A stretch of DNA of 57,422 nucleotides from Acidimicrobiia bacterium (GTDB lineage: Bacteria > Actinomycetota > Acidimicrobiia > IMCC26256 > PALSA-610): NCBI GenBank assembly GCA_038228615.1, contig JBBRPC010000001.1, forward strand, positions 1-57,422, read 5' to 3'. The notes below the pieces were generated by a model. The model ran no database searches, was not told the origin of the DNA, and worked only from the letters and a program-made list of their open reading frames with translations. Each line of letters opens with the position of its first letter. Positions within the stretch are counted from its first letter, which is position 1. Both the position numbers and the translations under genes were made by a program. Shown one piece after another: positions 36,448-46,638 of this stretch.

Positions 36448-37272
36448 GTGGTTCAAGCGACGCAGCGCTCCACGGTGCCGACGATTCGTCAGAGTCGTCG
36501 CAAGGCACCGTGGCCGATCGAGTTCTACCGGTCGGCAGTCGGCAAGAAATGGGTCATGGCATTGTCGGGTGTCATGCTCATGGGATTCGTGGTCAGTCAT
36601 CTGATCGGCAACCTGAAGCTGTACCTCGGCCGCAACGAAATCAACCTCTATAGCGAAGCGCTCCGCGACATGCCGGGCCACCTGTTGCCACGTACGTTGC
36701 TGCTCTGGGTGATCCGAGGCGGGCTCATCGCAGCGTTCGCCGTGCACATTCACGCAGCGGTCACGCTCACCCAAACAAACCAAAAGGCTCGCTCCACAAA
36801 GTACCAATCCCCGCGTGACTACCTCGCCGCGAACTACGCATCGCGCACCATGCGGTACTCCGGTGTAATCGTGATCGCGTATGTGATCTTTCACCTTTCG
36901 GATCTCACCTTCGGCTCAGGCCCACATCACCTCCGGGGCGATGTTTACAACAACCTGATTTATTCGCTCCAGCGGCCCTGGGCCGCGGCCGCCTACATCA
37001 TCGCCAACCTTGCGTTGGGTCTGCATCTCACGCACGGCGCTTGGAGCATGTTCCAGAGCCTCGGCATCAACAACCCCAGGATCAACGCGTTCCGACGCCA
37101 CTTCGCGCGCGGCTTCGCGGCGATCGTCGTCGTCGGCAACCTGAGCTTCCCGATCTTTGTGCAGTTGCACGTCATGGAGCCCACATGTTCCGCGAATCGC
37201 ACACCAATCGCCAACCAACGGCCGTGTGATCAACAACTTGCGGGCCGCATCTCGCCCGCAAAGGGGAAATAG
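36448..37272 (+). CDS. sdhC: Succinate dehydrogenase/fumarate reductase cytochrome b subunit (single large b558-type anchor)
   Basis: Five hydrophobic helices with conserved His residues ([34 protein letters not shown]). [10 protein letters not shown] start. Immediately precedes sdhA. The start codon is uncertain. Confidence 0.85.
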   Translation: MVQATQRSTVPTIRQSRRKAPWPIEFYRSAVGKKWVMALSGVMLMGFVVSHLIGNLKLYLGRNEINLYSEALRDMPGHLLPRTLLLWVIRGGLIAAFAVHIHAAVTLTQTNQKARSTKYQSPRDYLAANYASRTMRYSGVIVIAYVIFHLSDLTFGSGPHHLRGDVYNNLIYSLQRPWAAAAYIIANLALGLHLTHGAWSMFQSLGINNPRINAFRRHFARGFAAIVVVGNLSFPIFVQLHVMEPTCSANRTPIANQRPCDQQLAGRISPAKGK

Positions 37273-37274
37273 CG

Positions 37275-39191
37275 ATGGCGCTCGATTCGAAGATTCCCGA
37301 AGGCCCGATCGCCGACAAATGGGACAATCACAAATTTGATGTGAAACTCGTCAACCCTGCCAACAAACGCAAGTTCACGATCATCGTGGTGGGAACCGGC
37401 CTCGCCGGAGCATCAGCTGCCGCATCGCTTGCCGAGCTCGGCTACGACGTCAAGATCGTGAGCTTTCACGATTCACCTCGGCGGGCCCACTCCATCGCCG
37501 CGCAAGGTGGCATCAACGCGGCGAAGAACTACAAGAACGACGGCGACAGCGTGCACCGCTTGTTCTACGACACCGTGAAGGGCGGCGACTTCCGCGCCCG
37601 TGAAGCCAACGTGCACCGACTCGCACAGGTCTCTGTGAACATCATCGACCAGTGCGCGGCGCAAGGTGTGCCGTTTGCCCGTGAATACGGCGGCATGCTC
37701 GACAACCGTTCCTTTGGTGGCGCTCAGGTATCGCGCACCTTCTACGCGCGCGGACAAACAGGTCAGCAGCTATTGCTCGGCGCATACCAAGCAATGATGC
37801 GCGTCGTCGGCCTCGGCATGGCTGAGCTCTACAACCGCACTGAAATGCTCGAGCTCGTCGTCAATGATGGCGTCGCCTGCGGTGTCGTGTGTCGCGACCT
37901 CGTCAGCGGCGAGGTCTTTTCACTTGCCGGGCATGCAGTCATCGTCGCTACCGGTGGCTACGGCAACGCGTTTTACCTCTCGACCAACGCAATGCAATCC
38001 AACGTGACTGCCGCGTGGCGAGCCCACAAACAAGGCGCATATTTCGCGAACCCGTGTTACACCCAGATTCACCCGACATGCATTCCGGCGAGCGACGACT
38101 TTCAGTCGAAACTCACCTTGATGAGCGAATCATTGCGCAACGACGGTCGGATTTGGATTCCGAAGAACGCAGACGACACTCGTTCCGCCGATCAGATCCC
38201 TGAAACTGACCGCGACTACTACCTCGAACGGCGCTATCCCGCGTTCGGAAACCTCGTACCGCGCGATATTGCGTCGCGGGCGGCAAAACGCGAAGTCGAT
38301 GCTGGTCGTGGAGTCGGACCACAGAAAAACGGTGTGTATCTCGATTTTGGCGCGGCCATCGAGCGGCTTGGCGAAGACGTCATTCGCGATCGCTACGACA
38401 ACTTGTTCGAGATGTACGACCGCATTACCGATGAGAACCCCTACAAAATGCCGATGCGCATCGACCCGGCAGTGCATTACACAATGGGTGGGCTGTGGGT
38501 TGACTACAACCTCATGAGCAACGTCCCGGGCCTGTACGTTCTTGGCGAAGCGAACTTCTCCGATCACGGCGCGAACCGTTTGGGTGCCTCAGCGCTCATG
38601 CAAGGTCTTGCCGACGGTTACTTCGTCTTGCCATACACAATCGGTGATTATCTCGCTCCGCTCCTCGGCAAGACGATCGCAACCGTCGACGATCCGGCGT
38701 TCAAGACCGCGGAAGCGAAGGTTTCCGAGGGATCCCAACGGTTGCTCGGCATCAACGGCTCCCGCTCGGTCGACGACATTCATCGTGAACTTGGCAAGGT
38801 GCTCTGGGACAACTGCGGAATGGGCCGCACCGAAGAAAGTTTGCAGAAGGCCATCTCTGAGATCCCTGCGATTCGCGACGAGTTCTGGACCAACGTTCGC
38901 GTACTTGGCAACAACGAATCGATGAATCAGTCGTTGGAGCGTGCTGGTCGCGTCGCCGACTTCTTGGAATTCGGTGAGCTCATGTGTCGCGACGCGTTGC
39001 ACCGCAACGAAAGTTGCGGTGGGCACTTCCGCGAGGAATACCAAACCGAAGATGGCGAGGCGTTACGCGACGACGAAAACTTCGCGTACGTCGGCGCATG
39101 GGAATGGGAGGGTGTCGGAAACGACCCGACGCTCCACAAGGAACAGCTCACGTTCGAAAATGTCCACCTCGCGACGCGGAGTTACAAATGA
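37275..39191 (+). CDS. sdhA: Succinate dehydrogenase/fumarate reductase flavoprotein subunit
   Basis: [12 protein letters not shown], covalent-FAD site [24 protein letters not shown], and the C-terminal [19 protein letters not shown] lies upstream. Confidence 0.96.
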   Translation: MALDSKIPEGPIADKWDNHKFDVKLVNPANKRKFTIIVVGTGLAGASAAASLAELGYDVKIVSFHDSPRRAHSIAAQGGINAAKNYKNDGDSVHRLFYDTVKGGDFRAREANVHRLAQVSVNIIDQCAAQGVPFAREYGGMLDNRSFGGAQVSRTFYARGQTGQQLLLGAYQAMMRVVGLGMAELYNRTEMLELVVNDGVACGVVCRDLVSGEVFSLAGHAVIVATGGYGNAFYLSTNAMQSNVTAAWRAHKQGAYFANPCYTQIHPTCIPASDDFQSKLTLMSESLRNDGRIWIPKNADDTRSADQIPETDRDYYLERRYPAFGNLVPRDIASRAAKREVDAGRGVGPQKNGVYLDFGAAIERLGEDVIRDRYDNLFEMYDRITDENPYKMPMRIDPAVHYTMGGLWVDYNLMSNVPGLYVLGEANFSDHGANRLGASALMQGLADGYFVLPYTIGDYLAPLLGKTIATVDDPAFKTAEAKVSEGSQRLLGINGSRSVDDIHRELGKVLWDNCGMGRTEESLQKAISEIPAIRDEFWTNVRVLGNNESMNQSLERAGRVADFLEFGELMCRDALHRNESCGGHFREEYQTEDGEALRDDENFAYVGAWEWEGVGNDPTLHKEQLTFENVHLATRSYK

Positions 39192-39994
39192 ACCCAGCCG
39201 GCGGCGACGCAATAACGCCTACAAACATGAAGATCAAGGTCACCGTGTGGCGGCAACCTGGCCCGAATGCGCAGGGAGCATTCAAGGACTACGACCTCGA
39301 CAACGTCAGCCCCGACATGAGTTTTCTAGAGATGCTCGACACACTCAACGAAATGTTGAACGCTCGAGGAGAAGAGCCAATCGCGTTTGATCACGATTGT
39401 CGTGAGGGTATTTGCGGCAGCTGCGGGATGATGATCGATGGCGTGCCGCATGGCCCCGAACGCGGCACCGCAACATGTCAGCTCCACATGCGCAAGTTCC
39501 AGACCGGAGCGCACATCAAGATCGAGCCATTCCGCGCAACGTCGTTTCCCATCAACAAGGATCTTTCAGTTGATCGCAGCGCGTTCGATCGGATCATCGA
39601 ATCCGGGGGGTATATATCGGCGCCCACGGGAACGGCACCAGATGCGAACCTGATCCCAATCCCCAAGGGTGTCGCCGACGCTTCGATGGACGCAGCGCAG
39701 TGCATTGGTTGCGGCGCATGCGTGGCCGCTTGTCCGAATGGCGCGGCGCAACTCTTCACTTCGGCGAAACTCGCGCATCTGAATTTGATGCCACAAGGCC
39801 AAGCAGAACGATGGGACCGCACCGTCACCATGGTCGACACGATGGAGAGCTATTTCGGCACCTGCACCAACCACGGTGAGTGCGAAGCAGCCTGTCCGAA
39901 AGAAATCTCCATCGACTTCATCGCGCTGATGAACAAAGATTTTGTCAAAGCTCAGCTGAAGCAACGTCGCCTCGCAGGTCAGGTATTTCCGTAG
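39188..39994 (+). CDS. sdhB: Succinate dehydrogenase/fumarate reductase iron-sulfur subunit
   Basis: ATGA overlap with sdhA; an alternative start is ATG 39227 ([10 protein letters not shown]). 2Fe-2[12 protein letters not shown]. 4Fe-4S/3Fe-4[13 protein letters not shown] and [12 protein letters not shown]. Confidence 0.93.
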   Translation: MNPAGGDAITPTNMKIKVTVWRQPGPNAQGAFKDYDLDNVSPDMSFLEMLDTLNEMLNARGEEPIAFDHDCREGICGSCGMMIDGVPHGPERGTATCQLHMRKFQTGAHIKIEPFRATSFPINKDLSVDRSAFDRIIESGGYISAPTGTAPDANLIPIPKGVADASMDAAQCIGCGACVAACPNGAAQLFTSAKLAHLNLMPQGQAERWDRTVTMVDTMESYFGTCTNHGECEAACPKEISIDFIALMNKDFVKAQLKQRRLAGQVFP

Positions 39995-39995
39995 C

Positions 39996-40511
39996 GTGCA
40001 GCGGCACGAATATTCGATCGTCGTCGACGCTCCTCCTGGCGACGTATGGGAAGTGTTCTGGTACCGCGCACCAGACCGGCCGCAGCCCCCTCCGCCCAGG
40101 CCAGGCGAGAAGGTCCAGACCAGGATCGACATCTTGCACCCAGGCGACGCCACCGGGGAGGGACTTGTCCGACATTGCACCTTTCCTGTACCCAAATGGC
40201 TGTTGTCGGGCGGCATTGGCAATTCGTGGGAGTGGTTGACGGAGGTCAGGCCAGTCGAATCGTGGGTCTACGACGCAATCGGCAAGCCCCTGTGGTCCAA
40301 AGCCCACGGCGAAACACGCCTTGAGGATCTCGGCGATGGTCGCACACGGCTGCATTTCAGCGAAACCTACGAAGCGTTCAACCCTGTTATGGCACGCCTG
40401 TTCGAACGCCGCGTGCATCGCAGCATTAGCCGGGACAACGATGCCATTCTCGCCGCAATTCACAGCGGAATTCGGTGGCATCGCAAACGCAAAGGCACCA
40501 GCGCGATCTAG
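39996..40511 (+). CDS. SRPBCC (START/polyketide-cyclase-like) family protein
   Basis: MQRHEYSIVVDAPPGDVWEVFW is the typical SRPBCC N-terminus. 171 aa. Starts 1 nt after the sdhB stop. Confidence 0.78.
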   Translation: MQRHEYSIVVDAPPGDVWEVFWYRAPDRPQPPPPRPGEKVQTRIDILHPGDATGEGLVRHCTFPVPKWLLSGGIGNSWEWLTEVRPVESWVYDAIGKPLWSKAHGETRLEDLGDGRTRLHFSETYEAFNPVMARLFERRVHRSISRDNDAILAAIHSGIRWHRKRKGTSAI

Positions 40512-40574
40512 CAGCGACGACGTCGCCGCGTCCCAATAGGTCATCTCGGGTGCATTTCGGCCGATGGATAGCTG

Positions 40575-41228
40575 ATGGGAATGGATTCGTTGGCTTCGGT
40601 TGAAGCGCGCATCGCGTCGATCCAAACGGCCTTTGTCGCTCCAGCCGTGATGGCGCCGATTTCTTCATCCACCGCGTCGCTCGCGACCGCGAATCAGCCA
40701 AATAGTTTCGCGAGCGCGCTCGCGCAGGTCACTGGCTCACAGAGCCTCACCGGCATCCCAACCAGCCAGCTTGGGAGTCAATTCGGTTCGACGACCGCGA
40801 CCGGCAGCGCAGCAGCCTTTGTTCGCGACGCAGAGAGCCAAGCAGGCAAGCCTTATATCTTTGGCGCCGAGGCCAACCCAAGCGATCCGAACCCGAAAGC
40901 ATTCGACTGTTCCGAATTAGTCCAGTGGTCGGCTCAACGTCAGGGCGTCACGCTGCCGGATGGTTCATGGCAGCAGTACCTGCAGCTCAAAGCACAGGGA
41001 CACACAATGTCGGTCGACCAAGCCCTGCACACACCGGGTGCGTTGCTCTTCTCGTTCTCACACGAACCAGTGCCTGGCGGGGGCCGGCCGTCGGAAGCAC
41101 ATGTTGCGATCAGCCTCGGTGACGGCCGAACCATCGAAGCACGGGGCAAAAAGTACGGAGTTGGGGAGTTCTCCGGCGTCGGTCGTTTCTCCTACGGTGC
41201 GACGATCCCCGGACTTGAGAACTACTGA
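40575..41228 (+). CDS. NlpC/P60 (C40) peptidoglycan peptidase
   Basis: GKPYIFGAEA...KAFDCSELVQWS (catalytic Cys) and EAHVAISLGDGRTIEA (His). Ser/Thr-rich linker after the N-terminal helix. Confidence 0.88.
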   Translation: MGMDSLASVEARIASIQTAFVAPAVMAPISSSTASLATANQPNSFASALAQVTGSQSLTGIPTSQLGSQFGSTTATGSAAAFVRDAESQAGKPYIFGAEANPSDPNPKAFDCSELVQWSAQRQGVTLPDGSWQQYLQLKAQGHTMSVDQALHTPGALLFSFSHEPVPGGGRPSEAHVAISLGDGRTIEARGKKYGVGEFSGVGRFSYGATIPGLENY

Positions 41229-41555
41229 GCGCCGCGACCCACACAGCCCAAGAAGTGCGCTCCCGCAGTCAGCAGAGCGCCAGATATCCCCCACTCAGCC
41301 ATCGATCGGGTGCATGCTGTGTCGCATGGACCGCGTTGCGTTGGCGGTAAGCGTTTGGATCTTGAGCTCGATTCCTGTCGCGCTCGTTGCTGGTTCCGCC
41401 ATTGGCATCGCCAAAGCGCGCGGGCCGCTTCCGCTACGAACGTCTCGCAACGTGATCGACCTCACGGGAGCGACGGGCGCGATGCAGTCGGCAATTGGCG
41501 GAATCGACACGACGAATGCGTCGCGACCGAATGATCGCTCGTATCGTGCATCGTC

Positions 41556-43166
41556 GTGGCCGACTATTCCTTCGCCCGTGCTTGGAACACGGTTGCCGAG
41601 CTCGCACCAGACCGAATCGCAATCGCATGTGGTGAGCGACACCTGACGTACGGAGCGTTTCGAGACCGCGCAGCTTGCGTGGCGAGTCTGTTCGCGCAGG
41701 CCGGACTCGTCGCTGGCGACAAAGTTGCTATTGAGCTCGTCAACACGCCGGAGTATCTCGAGGTGTTCTACGGCGCGCTGCTCCACGGCTGCATTCCGGT
41801 GAACGTGAACTATCGCTACGTTGGTCCCGAACTTGCGTATCTGATTGAAAACTCTGACGCACGAGCACTCGTGTTCCATGACGACTTCGCAGCAACCGTT
41901 GGTGACGCCCTCGCGGCGACCGACGAACAACACCGGCCGCCGCTGCTGCTCCAGGTCGACCATCTGGGCATCGATGCTGTCGTGCCAGGAGCGTTGCCGT
42001 ACGAGGCGGCAATGTCGCGGGCCGACCCGATGTTTACAAGCCAGCACGTACCGAATGGCGACGACTTAATTTTCCTCTACACCGGTGGGACGACTGGGTA
42101 TCCGAAGGCTGTGATGTGGCGCTGCGATGATCTGTATCGCGCGCTGTGGCAGATGTCGCGCCCGGGTACCGAACCGCCGAGTGTGGAATCGACGATCAAC
42201 AAGGGTCGCGCCGCTGCCACAGCGCTTCCAGCCTGTCCTTTGATGCACGGCACCGGTCTCTTCATCACCTTGTCGACGCTTTCAGGTGGTGGCAAGGTGG
42301 TGCTGATCGACTCACAGCGCCTTGATCCGCATCGCACTTGGGACGACGTCGGACGTGAACAGGTGGCTGCGCTCACCATCGTCGGCGACGCGTTCGCCCG
42401 TCCGCTCATCGATGCCCTCGACGCCAACGAAGGTCGTTGGAATCTCAGTTCACTGCGCGCCATTACATCTTCAGGCGTGACATGGAGTCCCGATTGCAAA
42501 CGGGCGCTCATGCATCATCTGCCCGGTGTCGTGATGATCGACTCACTCGGAGCTTCGGAAGGCATGATGACGCGAAACGAATCTCGAGCGGGCGACGACA
42601 TACGACCAGCGCAGTTCAAGCTCTCCGAACGCGTCGCAGTCATTGCCGACGACGACACGCTCATCGAACCAGGCGACGATCGCATCGGAATGGTGGGCGT
42701 TGGTGGCCCAATTCCTTTGGGCTACTACAAAGATCCAGACAAGACCGCCTCCACGTTTCGCGTCGTACGCGGCACGCGTTATTCCATACCTGGCGATTAC
42801 GCGAACGTCGAGAGCGATGGCACAATCACGCTGCTTGGCCGCGGATCTGCATGCATCAATTCGGGTGGAGAAAAACTGTACCCAGAGGAAATCGAATTGG
42901 CAGTTCGGTCGCACGTCAATGTCGTTGATTGCGTCGTGGTCGGCATACCAGACCAGCGCTGGGGCGAGATGGCCGTCGCACTCGTGGTGACCGCAATCGA
43001 TCTTGGCGAAGACGACCTACGCGCGCATTGTCGAAACACCTTGGCTGGATACAAGGTACCGAAACGATTCATCGCGCTCGACACGATGCAGCGCTCCCCA
43101 TCGGGGAAAGCCGACTACAACATCCTGCGCGCGATCGCGACGGACGCACTCCAAGGAGCACAATGA
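41556..43166 (+). CDS. AMP-dependent acyl-CoA synthetase/ligase
   Basis: GTG start. FLYTGGTTGYPKAVMW (A3 motif), YSIPGDY, SGGEKLYPEEIE, PSGKADY. Confidence 0.92.
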   Translation: MADYSFARAWNTVAELAPDRIAIACGERHLTYGAFRDRAACVASLFAQAGLVAGDKVAIELVNTPEYLEVFYGALLHGCIPVNVNYRYVGPELAYLIENSDARALVFHDDFAATVGDALAATDEQHRPPLLLQVDHLGIDAVVPGALPYEAAMSRADPMFTSQHVPNGDDLIFLYTGGTTGYPKAVMWRCDDLYRALWQMSRPGTEPPSVESTINKGRAAATALPACPLMHGTGLFITLSTLSGGGKVVLIDSQRLDPHRTWDDVGREQVAALTIVGDAFARPLIDALDANEGRWNLSSLRAITSSGVTWSPDCKRALMHHLPGVVMIDSLGASEGMMTRNESRAGDDIRPAQFKLSERVAVIADDDTLIEPGDDRIGMVGVGGPIPLGYYKDPDKTASTFRVVRGTRYSIPGDYANVESDGTITLLGRGSACINSGGEKLYPEEIELAVRSHVNVVDCVVVGIPDQRWGEMAVALVVTAIDLGEDDLRAHCRNTLAGYKVPKRFIALDTMQRSPSGKADYNILRAIATDALQGAQ

Positions 43167-43498
43167 GTATCGAAGAAATTTCGGCGGCAAACGCTGCGAT
43201 CAAGGTTGCACAAGGAACGTATCTACTCGACGTCCGCAACGACGACGAGTGGGAAGCCGGACATGCCACCGACGCGCACTACGTGAGCTTGGCACAACTC
43301 CCCGACCGCCTTGAAGAACTGCCAAACGACAACGAAATCATCGTGATATGTCGTTCGGGCGCGCGTTCTCTCAAAGCGGCGAAACTGCTGACTGCCCGTG
43401 GTTTTTCGGCGGCAAATCTCACTGGTGGTATGCAATCTTGGGCCGCGAGCGGGCTCCCGGTCGTCAATGCAAGCGGTGCGCCAGGCGAAGTGATCTAA
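43163..43498 (+). CDS. Rhodanese-domain sulfurtransferase (single domain, 111 aa)
   Basis: ATGA overlap with the ligase stop. LLDVRNDDEWEAGH and active-site loop VICRSGARS. Confidence 0.88.
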   Translation: MSIEEISAANAAIKVAQGTYLLDVRNDDEWEAGHATDAHYVSLAQLPDRLEELPNDNEIIVICRSGARSLKAAKLLTARGFSAANLTGGMQSWAASGLPVVNASGAPGEVI

Positions 43499-43564
43499 CT
43501 CGCGATATCCCCCCACGGATGCACGACTTCGTTTAGAGTCGACACCGGGCGGCCCGAGGGGGGT

Positions 43565-43780
43565 TTGTTCATGACGCGCGATACCGAGAAGCGAGACGAG
43601 ATCGCCGCAGTGCTGACCGCCGCCGCCGACGTGATCTTCAGCGATGGCGTCACCACCGAGTTCCTCGAGTACTGGACAAACGAGACACTGCAATTGCTCT
43701 GCGCTCGCACGGTGTCCGCCAGCAATTCTGCCGAGACAATCACGCTCGAGCAGCCGTCTGTCCTGGCCAGTCACCTGTAA
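43565..43780 (+). CDS. Small acidic hypothetical protein (about 70 aa)
   Basis: Consistent G/C third-position bias; no recognisable motif. The start may be ATG 43571. Confidence 0.45.
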   Translation: MFMTRDTEKRDEIAAVLTAAADVIFSDGVTTEFLEYWTNETLQLLCARTVSASNSAETITLEQPSVLASHL

Positions 43781-43866
43781 TACAAACAGATGACTGCAGC
43801 AAAGCCCAAACATCAGTAAGTTTGGTCGCGTTTCATGCCGATGGTTGGTTGGCGGTACCAACAGCG

Positions 43867-44706
43867 ATGCAAGGGCAGATCCGGGCTATGACATTTGCAA
43901 ACACCAACAGCATTCTCGATGAGATCACCAGAATCCCGGTACAGCCGGGAGTCGGGTTGCGACTCTTGCGCATGCTCGATGATCAACGCGTATCGGCTGA
44001 ACAAATCGGCAAGGTGCTTGAGCGCGACCCGAGCCTGTCGGCACGTCTCATCAAGATGGCAAACTCGTCGTTTTACTCATTGGCCGAACCAGTCGTCAGT
44101 GCTTGGCGCGCCGTCGCAGTCATCGGTCTCGCAACAGTGCGTTCGGTCGTCGCCGCGGCCGCACTCGATCTCGGCACTTCAGAAGGCGTGTCGGTGCCTG
44201 CAGGATTTTGGACACACGCGACCGCGACAGCCGCCGCCGCCGGGGTCCTTGCGGAATTCGCCTCGCTCGACGCTGGCGATGCCTTCAGCATCGGACTACT
44301 CCACGACATCGGGCTCGCGCTTGTGTTCCGCAAAGTCCCAGAAGAGTTCGCCGCGCTCACACTCGCGGTGCACGAAGGCGCCGAGCTCACCGAATGTGAG
44401 CGCCAACGATTCGGTGCGGACCACGGCGAGATCGGATCACGCGCGCTCGAAGCGTTGCGATTCGGACCGAACTCGATCGAAGCCGTTCGTTCTCATCACA
44501 ACGCCGAAGACACGTCGCCACTGGCAATGGTGTTGCGCGGCGCAGACGAACTCGCAGCTTCAATTATGGGCGAACCGATGTGCGAATCAGCGCGCGACCT
44601 CGACGCGGCACTTGCATTTCTGCAAATCACCTCGACGCAACAAGAAGCACTTGTGAACCGAGTCGCCGGGCTCATCGACGAACTCGCTGGCCTCATGATC
44701 TCGTAA
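43867..44706 (+). CDS. HDOD-domain signalling protein
   Basis: ILDEITRIPVQPGVGLRLLRMLDD....DPSLSARLIKMANSSFY and LLHDIGLAL are HDOD hallmarks. Candidate starts: 43822 (TTG), 43867 and 43888. Confidence 0.85.
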   Translation: MQGQIRAMTFANTNSILDEITRIPVQPGVGLRLLRMLDDQRVSAEQIGKVLERDPSLSARLIKMANSSFYSLAEPVVSAWRAVAVIGLATVRSVVAAAALDLGTSEGVSVPAGFWTHATATAAAAGVLAEFASLDAGDAFSIGLLHDIGLALVFRKVPEEFAALTLAVHEGAELTECERQRFGADHGEIGSRALEALRFGPNSIEAVRSHHNAEDTSPLAMVLRGADELAASIMGEPMCESARDLDAALAFLQITSTQQEALVNRVAGLIDELAGLMIS

Positions 44707-45517
44707 CACCGACCAATTCGGCACACGGCTCGTGGGCCGCTACTTGCAATGCCGACCACCCAGTTGGCCGCGTTCGCGCAACCTGGTCCGCGGTGACAAG
44801 TCGATAGATCGCAGCACGAGCGATCAGCTGATCCCTGTCGCTCACATGATCGAGATGTCGAGCGATCGCCAGTTGCGCCCCGTGCCACGCGATCGCATCG
44901 ACAACCACGATCGCAAGTGCGAAACCTGCAGGTCGAAAATACGGCGAGAAGTCGATCACTGCAGGGTCAAGATGCCGTGCAAACAAAACGTTTGCAGTGA
45001 GATCTCCGTGAATGATTTGGCTCGCGCCCGCGATCGGGGAAAGGAAGTTCCAGAGTCGTTCGACGAGCGGCCGAAATATGTCGCCGACGACGGGTTGGGT
45101 GTCACACCACGCTGCCTCGTCGCCCACACTCCACGGATTCCTCCGCCTGTCGAGAAATGCAGGTCGCGGAATCCCGGCGAGTGCATCGTGAAAGCGGCCG
45201 CCGACCTCGAGTACGTCGACCCAACGATCCACCAGTGCGTGTTCACCGTCGACTCGCTGTGACGCAGTCCATCCGTCTACCACCCATTGGCCATCAACCG
45301 AGCGAATCGGACGGGGCACCCGAAAACCCGCTTCTGGAAGACACTCCATCACCGTTGCGATCCAGTTTGCTTCGTCGTGCGAGGCGGGAGACGTTGAGAT
45401 CGGTTTCAACACAACACCGTCAACTTCCCAGGTAGTGCCTTGGCCACCTTGGAGCCGTGCGGGTACTCCGCTGGCAGCGAACGCCTGCAGCACCGACAGG
45501 GGCGGCCTTATCGACAC
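44693..45517 (-). CDS. Phosphotransferase-family (APH/choline-kinase-like) protein
   Basis: IIHGDLTANVLF (HGDxxxxN catalytic loop) followed by VIDFSPYF (DFS metal-binding). 274 aa. Confidence 0.82.
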   Translation of the reverse strand: MSIRPPLSVLQAFAASGVPARLQGGQGTTWEVDGVVLKPISTSPASHDEANWIATVMECLPEAGFRVPRPIRSVDGQWVVDGWTASQRVDGEHALVDRWVDVLEVGGRFHDALAGIPRPAFLDRRRNPWSVGDEAAWCDTQPVVGDIFRPLVERLWNFLSPIAGASQIIHGDLTANVLFARHLDPAVIDFSPYFRPAGFALAIVVVDAIAWHGAQLAIARHLDHVSDRDQLIARAAIYRLVTADQVARTRPTGWSALQVAAHEPCAELVGVTRS

Positions 45518-45613
45518 GACCGAGCCCCGTCTTGCATCGTTGCATCGATATCAGCATCCGAGGCGACCACAGATCCAGGTTACGCAAGGTGCGCGTTGGA
45601 CTAAGTTCCCGCG

Positions 45614-46087
45614 ATGCCCGACACCGTGTATCTCACAGATCGTATCGAAATAACCCGACCGATCGAAGCGCCGCCGTCGGTCATCTTCGACGTCGTACGG
45701 AGCCCTGCTGGGCATGTCGCGATCGACGCGTCCGGGATGTTGCAAGATTTTACCGGCGTGCCGGCCGAGAAGGTCGGCGACACGTTCGTGATCCACATGG
45801 ATCGCGAGTCGCTCAACGACATTCCGATGGGGAAGTACGACGTGACCGTGCACATCCTCACGTTCGAACGCGACCGAGAGATCGCTTGGGACCTCGGCAT
45901 CGAGGAATACCCGCACTTCTACGGGTATCGCCTGGAGCCTGGACAGGACGGTGTCACGAACGTCACGTCGTACTACGACTGGTCGAAGATGAAGCAGGAA
46001 TACAAGTCACGCTTCCCGATCATCCCCGAATCGGCGATCCGAGCGTCGCTCGGAATCCTCGCACGCACGGTGCGCGCAGGTCTATGA
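45614..46087 (+). CDS. SRPBCC-family protein
   Basis: RIEITRPIEAPPSVIFDVVRSPAGH N-terminus typical of the family. 157 aa. Confidence 0.78.
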   Translation: MPDTVYLTDRIEITRPIEAPPSVIFDVVRSPAGHVAIDASGMLQDFTGVPAEKVGDTFVIHMDRESLNDIPMGKYDVTVHILTFERDREIAWDLGIEEYPHFYGYRLEPGQDGVTNVTSYYDWSKMKQEYKSRFPIIPESAIRASLGILARTVRAGL

Positions 46088-46107
46088 CACTCGGCCGCCC
46101 GACGGCC

Positions 46108-46638
46108 TCATTTATGCATGCCGCCAGAGACAGAGATGTCGTCGCCGGTCACGAACGACGCCGCGTCGCTCGCGAGATACACAACCGGGCCGACTATTTC
46201 TGAAGGTTCAGCGACGCGTTTCTGCCAGGTTCCGCCCGCAATGAGTTCTTTGAACCCCGGCGCGTTGCGTTCTGCGCCGTCGACCATTTCACTGAGAAAC
46301 GGCCCAGGCGAAACGGTGTTCACGCGAATTTGCCATGGTGCCCACTCCATCGCTTGGCTTTTGCTGAGATTCAACAATGCTGCCTTGGACGCTGCGTATG
46401 CGCAGACGCCGGGAGCAACTTGATCGCACAGATCTTGTTTACGACTCGATACCACGACGTCAGCGCCCGCATTTGCGAGTCCTTCAACCATTGCGCGCCC
46501 GATGCCCTTCGTGGAACCTGTCACGATCGCGACCTTGCCGAAGAGCCGAATGGATTTCGTTCGGTCACGGTGCTCCTTGTTCGATTCGACTTCCGTCGAG
46601 CGAATGCACGACGAGGGAACGTTCGTCGATGAGGTCAA
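46108..46638 (-). pseudogene. Short-chain dehydrogenase/reductase with a large in-frame internal deletion
   Basis: GKVAIVTGSTKGIGRA (cofactor motif) is only ~45 aa from YAASK (YxxxK). The NNAG block and catalytic Ser region (~95 aa in normal SDRs) are missing. The junction reads ...SSRKQDLCDQVA|PGVCAYAASK at ~46411-46416. The C-terminal half (IRVNTVSPGP ... YLASDAASFVTG) is intact. Confidence 0.65.

Noticed and set aside
40512-40574. Possible cyclic-di-AMP (ydaO-type) riboswitch upstream of the NlpC/P60 gene, as is common in actinobacteria
   Set aside because: The spacer is only 63 nt, too short for that element, and I see no conserved riboswitch-like helices.
39566-40625. 218-aa and 226-aa minus-strand ORFs opposite sdhB and the SRPBCC gene
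   Set aside because: Shadow frames. The plus strand has Fe-S cluster motifs and an SRPBCC N-terminus.
41295-42047. 250-aa minus-strand ORF
   Set aside because: Antisense to the AMP-binding ligase, with no motifs.
43223-43861. 212-aa minus-strand ORF across the rhodanese gene and the small ORF region
   Set aside because: Antisense to a clear rhodanese domain. Arg-rich composition.
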